From Candidatus Nomurabacteria bacterium RIFCSPLOWO2_01_FULL_42_17 (GTDB lineage: Bacteria; Patescibacteriota; Minisyncoccia; Phycocordibacterales; UBA9973), in NCBI GenBank assembly GCA_001785985.1, contig MFVE01000005.1:16556-80555 (forward strand): a DNA stretch of 64,000 nt, written 5' to 3'. Both the position numbers and the translations under genes were made by a program. Below the pieces are notes generated by a model. That model saw only the letters and a list, made by a program, of their open reading frames with translations. It had not been told where the DNA came from and did no database searches. This document shows positions 59,562-64,000 of this stretch, piece by piece; positions within the stretch are counted from its first letter, which is position 1, and every line of letters begins with the position of its first letter.

Positions 59562-59634
59562 TCCGCCCTCTTGGACTCGAACCAAGGACAAGACGAGTAT
59601 AAGTCGTCTGCTCTACCAACTGAGCTAAGGGCGG
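59562..59634 (-). tRNA. tRNA-Ile(TAT)
   Basis: Acceptor CCGCCCT/AGGGCGG, A73, D-arm GCTC..GAGC, arm GACGA-CTTATAC-TCGTC, T-arm CTTGG-TTCGAGT-CCAAG. Confidence 0.88.
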
Positions 59635-60296
59635 ATATTATTACTAATTCGAGAAATATACTTAAGGCTCATCACTATATATTCCCACAAATCTCTATTA
59701 TCAAACATAACACAGCAAGTCCCTTTTCCAAAGCCATTTTTATAAGTTATTGAGCTTAATTTAGTCCTTTTAATATATGACTTTCTAAACTGACTGACTG
59801 GTATTTTAAGCTCTTTTGACCAAAAACCAATACTCTTTTTGATATTCATATCAGAATATAAATGCAATTTTATTTTTAAATTTTTTCTTTTAACATTAAA
59901 AAGTTCTAACCATTTGATGAAAAATTTAAGCATCGATGGATTTGTATTTGTAAGAACCACCGAACCCTTCTGCATTTTAGTACCTTCTCCCCAATATAAA
60001 AAGAGTCCTAATAAGAATATCTCCCGCTCAGAGAAAACACCTATATCTTTAGAAACTTTTTGAAAAACTTTTTCCAAACGAGCTTCTCTTTTCGCTCGCA
60101 TTGTATTCCTAAAACGCTCAATGCGAATAGGACTGTCTGCTTGCAATTCTCTAATTCTTTTTTCTGATAATGGCATATTGTAAAGCCACCCGCTTAAGGT
60201 GCTTTTGCTTATTCCAAGCTTATCTTTTATTTGGCTATAACTCATGCCTTTTCGGCGCATGATTAGAGCCTTTTGTTTGTCTAATTTCCTTGCCAT
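59625..60296 (-). CDS. HTH protein with LAGLIDADG-like C-terminal domain; stop codon lies inside the tRNA
   Basis: GMSYSQIKDKLGISKSTLSGWL; LLGLFLYWGEG..VVLTNTNP. Confidence 0.6.
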   Translation of the reverse strand: MARKLDKQKALIMRRKGMSYSQIKDKLGISKSTLSGWLYNMPLSEKRIRELQADSPIRIERFRNTMRAKREARLEKVFQKVSKDIGVFSEREIFLLGLFLYWGEGTKMQKGSVVLTNTNPSMLKFFIKWLELFNVKRKNLKIKLHLYSDMNIKKSIGFWSKELKIPVSQFRKSYIKRTKLSSITYKNGFGKGTCCVMFDNRDLWEYIVMSLKYISRISNNIRP

Positions 60297-60365
60297 AAAA
60301 ATATGAACCTATGGGTGATAGGTACTGGTATAGTATACCATGGTTCGCATATTATAGTAAACATA

Positions 60366-60860
60366 CTACACTCCCCTTTTAGTTCTTAAAGCTACAATCG
60401 CTTTTTTGATGGTATCATACATGACTGGAAGCTCTAAGTAGTCGATGACAATTGCAAACCAAGAAAGCCAAGCAGGTATCATGATCGCTGCGGTGCCCGT
60501 AAATTGCGCATAAATAATCTCATCGGTAATCCAAAACAAATGGAGCCACTGGGAGTTAATGAGGAAAAGAAAAAGTATACTGCGCCACTTTGCACTCTGG
60601 GCACCCTGGCCTAGAGTATATTGATGAATATAGAAAATAGAAGCTGAAATAATCGCCGGTATTTCTGTATAATCTATCAACGCAATGACAGTATTCCAAA
60701 ATGCTCCCGGATTCCAAAAAGAATGATCAAATGCTCTCAAGAAAACTACATTCGTGGTCATCCAATATAGATGCACAATCTGCAACAGAAAAAGGATGGC
60801 CGTGATGGGCGCGATGACTTTATAATTTCTGTCGTACCATTGCCAAAATTTTTTCAGCAT
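60366..60860 (-). CDS. Hypothetical membrane protein
   Basis: Four hydrophobic segments with an internal repeat (HLYWMT..DYTEIP / HLFWIT..DYLELP); coupled to ftsH. Confidence 0.65.
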   Translation of the reverse strand: MLKKFWQWYDRNYKVIAPITAILFLLQIVHLYWMTTNVVFLRAFDHSFWNPGAFWNTVIALIDYTEIPAIISASIFYIHQYTLGQGAQSAKWRSILFLFLINSQWLHLFWITDEIIYAQFTGTAAIMIPAWLSWFAIVIDYLELPVMYDTIKKAIVALRTKRGV

Positions 60861-62797
60861 TAAATTGAAACTGGCGCGGGAGTGATGATTTCTTTTTTCT
60901 TTAGCACTATTCCATGGAGAGTCAATATCTTTTCATATTCCTCTTGTTCTAGAGTTTCCACTTCGATGAGCTGATGCGCTATGGCGTCAAAAGCTTTTCG
61001 ATGCGCGGTCAAAACTTGTTCGGCAGATTTCAATCCATCGCTGATGATTCTAGAAACTTCCGCATCAACTTTAGTGGAAACGGATTCAGAATATTCTTTT
61101 TCTATCAACTCGCCATACTGTGACCTGCCACCACCGGAGACGAGCGCGATCGGACCGATAATATCCGACATCCCCCACCTGGTAACCATGGCCCGAGCCA
61201 GATTTGTCGCCACTTGCAAGTCAGAGGATGGACCAGTCGTTATGTCTCCGAAGATCATTTGTTCCGCCACATATCCACCGAGCGACATCGCGATGTCATC
61301 AATAAATTCTTTTTTAGATTGCAGACGTCGCTCTTCGAGCGGAAGTTTCAAGGTATACCCGCCGGCATTGCCCCTGGCGATAATAGACACTTTGTGCACT
61401 GGATCTGCATAAGGCAAAACCGAAGCCACCAGCGCATGACCGGCTTCATGATACGCAGTGATTTCTTTTTCTTTTTTAGAAAGCAAATGGCTTTTGCGCT
61501 CCGGCCCGAGCATAACTTTCTCGATCGCTCGAATGAGATCAAATTGAAAAACTTTCTTGCGATTCTCCCGAGCGGCCAGAATAGCGCCTTCGTTCATCAG
61601 CGAATACAGATCTGCGCCCGAAAATCCGGGAGTGCGTTCGGCAATTAATTTCAAATTGATATCTTCTGCCAGCGGTTTTTTTATCGCATGAATTTTCAAT
61701 ATTTCCTCGCGATCGGCGCGATCCGGCAAATCAAGCAATACTTTTCTGTCAAAACGACCGGGACGGATAAGCGCTGGATCGAGCACATCTGGACGATTGG
61801 TCGCCGCCATCACGATGACTTTATCATTCGGCTCAAAGCCGTCCATCTCCACCAATATTTGATTTAGGGTCTGCTCCCGCTCATCATTGCCTCCGCCAAA
61901 TCCCCCTCCGCGGGTTCGTCCGATCGCGTCTATCTCATCCACGAAGATTATGGCTGGAGCCGCTTTTTTAGCCATTTTGAAAAGATCTCGCACTCGGGAC
62001 GCTCCAACACCCACGAACATTTCCACAAACTCACTTCCAGATAAGTGAAAAAATGGCACTCCGGCTTCTCCGGCGACGGCTCGCGCCAGCAGTGTCTTGC
62101 CTGTTCCCGGAGCTCCGGTCAGAATAACACCTTTCGGAATTCTCGCTCCGATATCTAGAAACTTTTTAGGACTTTTCAAAAAATCCACAATTTCTTTTAG
62201 TTCCTCTTTCGCCTCTTTGCATCCGGCCACGTCTTTGAAAGTCACCCGGTTGTTCTTATCATTCGGATCAGTGATGCGCGCTTTGGACTGGCCGAAAGAA
62301 AGCGCCTGCATGCCAGCGCCCCGCACCTGCCGCGATAAATACCAAAAGAAAAGCAGAATAAAAACTATGGGCAATAGAAATGGAAGAAGATTTAAAAGCA
62401 CAAACATAAATCCGCTTTCGTTTTTTATTTCTATTTCTGTTTTTGCCAACACTTCGCCCGTGACACCATAATTAAAAAGTGTCTGTGACAAAGATGAGCC
62501 GACTTCTTTCTTGGATGTTTTGACCTCGTCGTTTTGATAAGTGATCGTCAGTTTTTCTCCTTCAACTAAAATCTTTTTTACTTCTCCTATGGATACGCTT
62601 TTAGCCAAATCCGATATCGGAATCTCCGGAGCAACTTTGCCGGTATCAGACACAGCCAAATATATCGCCGTAATGAACATGAAGATAATAACCGTGCTGG
62701 CAATACTGCCCCCAAAGTTGCCCATTCCTTTCCCCTTTTTACCTTTATTTTGGCCCGTGTTCTGATTGGCTTTTTTATTTAGAAAATTAAAATCCAT
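60860..62797 (-). CDS. ftsH: ATP-dependent zinc metalloprotease FtsH
   Basis: Two TM helices, [41 protein letters not shown]. Confidence 0.98.
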   Translation of the reverse strand: MDFNFLNKKANQNTGQNKGKKGKGMGNFGGSIASTVIIFMFITAIYLAVSDTGKVAPEIPISDLAKSVSIGEVKKILVEGEKLTITYQNDEVKTSKKEVGSSLSQTLFNYGVTGEVLAKTEIEIKNESGFMFVLLNLLPFLLPIVFILLFFWYLSRQVRGAGMQALSFGQSKARITDPNDKNNRVTFKDVAGCKEAKEELKEIVDFLKSPKKFLDIGARIPKGVILTGAPGTGKTLLARAVAGEAGVPFFHLSGSEFVEMFVGVGASRVRDLFKMAKKAAPAIIFVDEIDAIGRTRGGGFGGGNDEREQTLNQILVEMDGFEPNDKVIVMAATNRPDVLDPALIRPGRFDRKVLLDLPDRADREEILKIHAIKKPLAEDINLKLIAERTPGFSGADLYSLMNEGAILAARENRKKVFQFDLIRAIEKVMLGPERKSHLLSKKEKEITAYHEAGHALVASVLPYADPVHKVSIIARGNAGGYTLKLPLEERRLQSKKEFIDDIAMSLGGYVAEQMIFGDITTGPSSDLQVATNLARAMVTRWGMSDIIGPIALVSGGGRSQYGELIEKEYSESVSTKVDAEVSRIISDGLKSAEQVLTAHRKAFDAIAHQLIEVETLEQEEYEKILTLHGIVLKKKEIITPAPVSI

Positions 62798-62854
62798 TTA
62801 AATATGGTAGCATAAAAAAATAAAAAAGTGAAATGTTTTTCAGTTGTAAATTTG

Positions 62855-63252
62855 TGGAGATGGGGGAAATTGAATCCCCGTGCAGAAGGTTTTTGTAAAG
62901 AAGTCTACATACGTAGCGCGCTTTTTGGTTTAAATTAAAAAATTAAGAAACGAGCCAAATATTTTTTAATCGAGTTCTAGATTTTCGTGAAATATTCGAA
63001 CGGATATTTCCTTATCCCGATAATATTGTGCCCCGTCTTATATATCGGAAGTCTATAAGAGAGACATCAGTTACGCCGAAGCGGAAACTGAAGCGAAAGC
63101 AAAGTCATTCATACCGAAGTATGGAGAGACTGCCGCTTTCACTTTGGAAGCTAATTTTGCAATTAAGCTATTGGACGAAGTTTTACGAGATTAGCGTCCA
63201 CACTCGGTATGCATCAATAACAAATGGCCTACTGTCTATGCCTTGCATCCCC
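62855..63252 (-). ncRNA. ssrA: tmRNA
   Basis: GGGGATG/CATCTCC-A acceptor with G3:U70, T-arm-like GGGG-ATTCAATT-TCCCC, tag ORF 63071-63160; directly downstream of smpB. Confidence 0.92.
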
Positions 63253-63272
63253 ATATTTTGCTTTCAAGGTTT

Positions 63273-63728
63273 TTATTCTTTACCTCTGATTTCGCGTCTG
63301 ATCTCGCGATCCGTGTCCCGTTTTTTTAGCGTCTCTCGCTTATCAAATTTTTTCTTGCCCTTCACTAGAGCGATTTCTACTTTGATTTTTCTGCCTTTAT
63401 TATACACTGAGATCGGCACGATTGTCAAACTTTTATTCTTCTCGCTTCCTGCCAACCCGGCCGATTCTTTTTTTGTTAGCAACAGTTTTCTATTTCGCAA
63501 TGGGTCATAATCTTTCGGAGCATTTTTGGCCTGATATGGGGGAATATTTGCATTGATCAGATATACTTCTCCCCCGCGAACAATCACAAAAGCTCCCTCC
63601 AGCGACATTTGACCTCCTCGCACTGATTTCACTTCCGTACCCAAAAGCTCAATACCCGCCTCGTATTTTTCTAAAATTTCATAATTAAATCTCGCCTTTC
63701 TGTTTTCTGCGTAAGGAGACATAGTCAT
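63273..63728 (-). CDS. smpB: SsrA-binding protein
   Basis: ENRKARFNY, EAGIELLGTEVKS, RKLLL, KGKKKFDKRE. Confidence 0.97.
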   Translation of the reverse strand: MTMSPYAENRKARFNYEILEKYEAGIELLGTEVKSVRGGQMSLEGAFVIVRGGEVYLINANIPPYQAKNAPKDYDPLRNRKLLLTKKESAGLAGSEKNKSLTIVPISVYNKGRKIKVEIALVKGKKKFDKRETLKKRDTDREIRREIRGKE

Positions 63729-63821
63729 ATATTATCACATTGTTGACTTTAAGCCCTAAGTACGCTATTATCCTGTAATCAAAGGTTTCAAAGAGACTTA
63801 TTGAGGTATTTATAATATCCA

Positions 63822-64000
63822 TTGCGTGAAAGAATAAACAACCAAATACGGGCGACGGAACTTCGGGTTTTGGACAGTGAAAATAAAAATCTCGGTGTTT
63901 TTCCAATAAAAGAAGCGCTGGAAATGGCCCAAAAGGCCAGCTTGGATTTGATTGAGATAGGGCCGAATGCGACTCCCCCATTAGCAAAATTAATGGATTT
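63822..64000 (+). CDS. infC: Translation initiation factor IF-3, N-terminal part (runs off window end)
   Basis: TTG start: RERINNQIRATELRVLD...GVFPIKEALEMAQKASLDLIEIGPNATPPLAKLMD. Confidence 0.9.
   Translation, partial: MRERINNQIRATELRVLDSENKNLGVFPIKEALEMAQKASLDLIEIGPNATPPLAKLMD

Noticed and set aside
63028-63510. 160-aa plus-strand ORF
   Set aside because: It is antisense to tmRNA and smpB and has no recognisable motifs.
63822-63824. Non-ATG start of infC as a novelty
   Set aside because: Non-AUG starts are the established autoregulatory feature of infC.

Overview
AT-rich, gene-dense bacterial chromosome segment using the standard genetic code (TGA is a stop). The gene content and style suggest a Patescibacteria/CPR genome, probably Parcubacteria; this is inference, not a database result. 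It carries housekeeping genes (rpoC partial, rpoB, trmD, khpA, rpsP, rnr, smc, rnc, nusB, rpmF, thrS, gyrB, single-chain PheRS, truB, ligA, recG, ftsH, smpB, infC partial), a type IV pilus locus, a FIST/histidine-kinase signalling locus, four tRNAs and tmRNA. Main unexplained structure: (1) several families of short palindromic or heptamer repeats that occur between genes and also as in-frame inserts in core genes (rpoB x3, ligA x4, recG x2, truB x2, rnr, smc, gyrB, trhO, trmD, nusB, comF, pilins), with no transposase in the window; (2) a fibre/adhesin gene broken at a G10 tract and bracketed by two inverted 118-bp MITE-like copies; (3) a PIF1 plus toxin-antitoxin islet bounded by a synonymously diverged second recG 3' end; (4) rare anticodons tRNA-Ser(ACT) and tRNA-Ile(TAT); (5) a hinge-less Smc with a CxxC motif, a long tmRNA tag and many apparent leaderless promoters. 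All calls come from reading motifs by eye; no searches were run.
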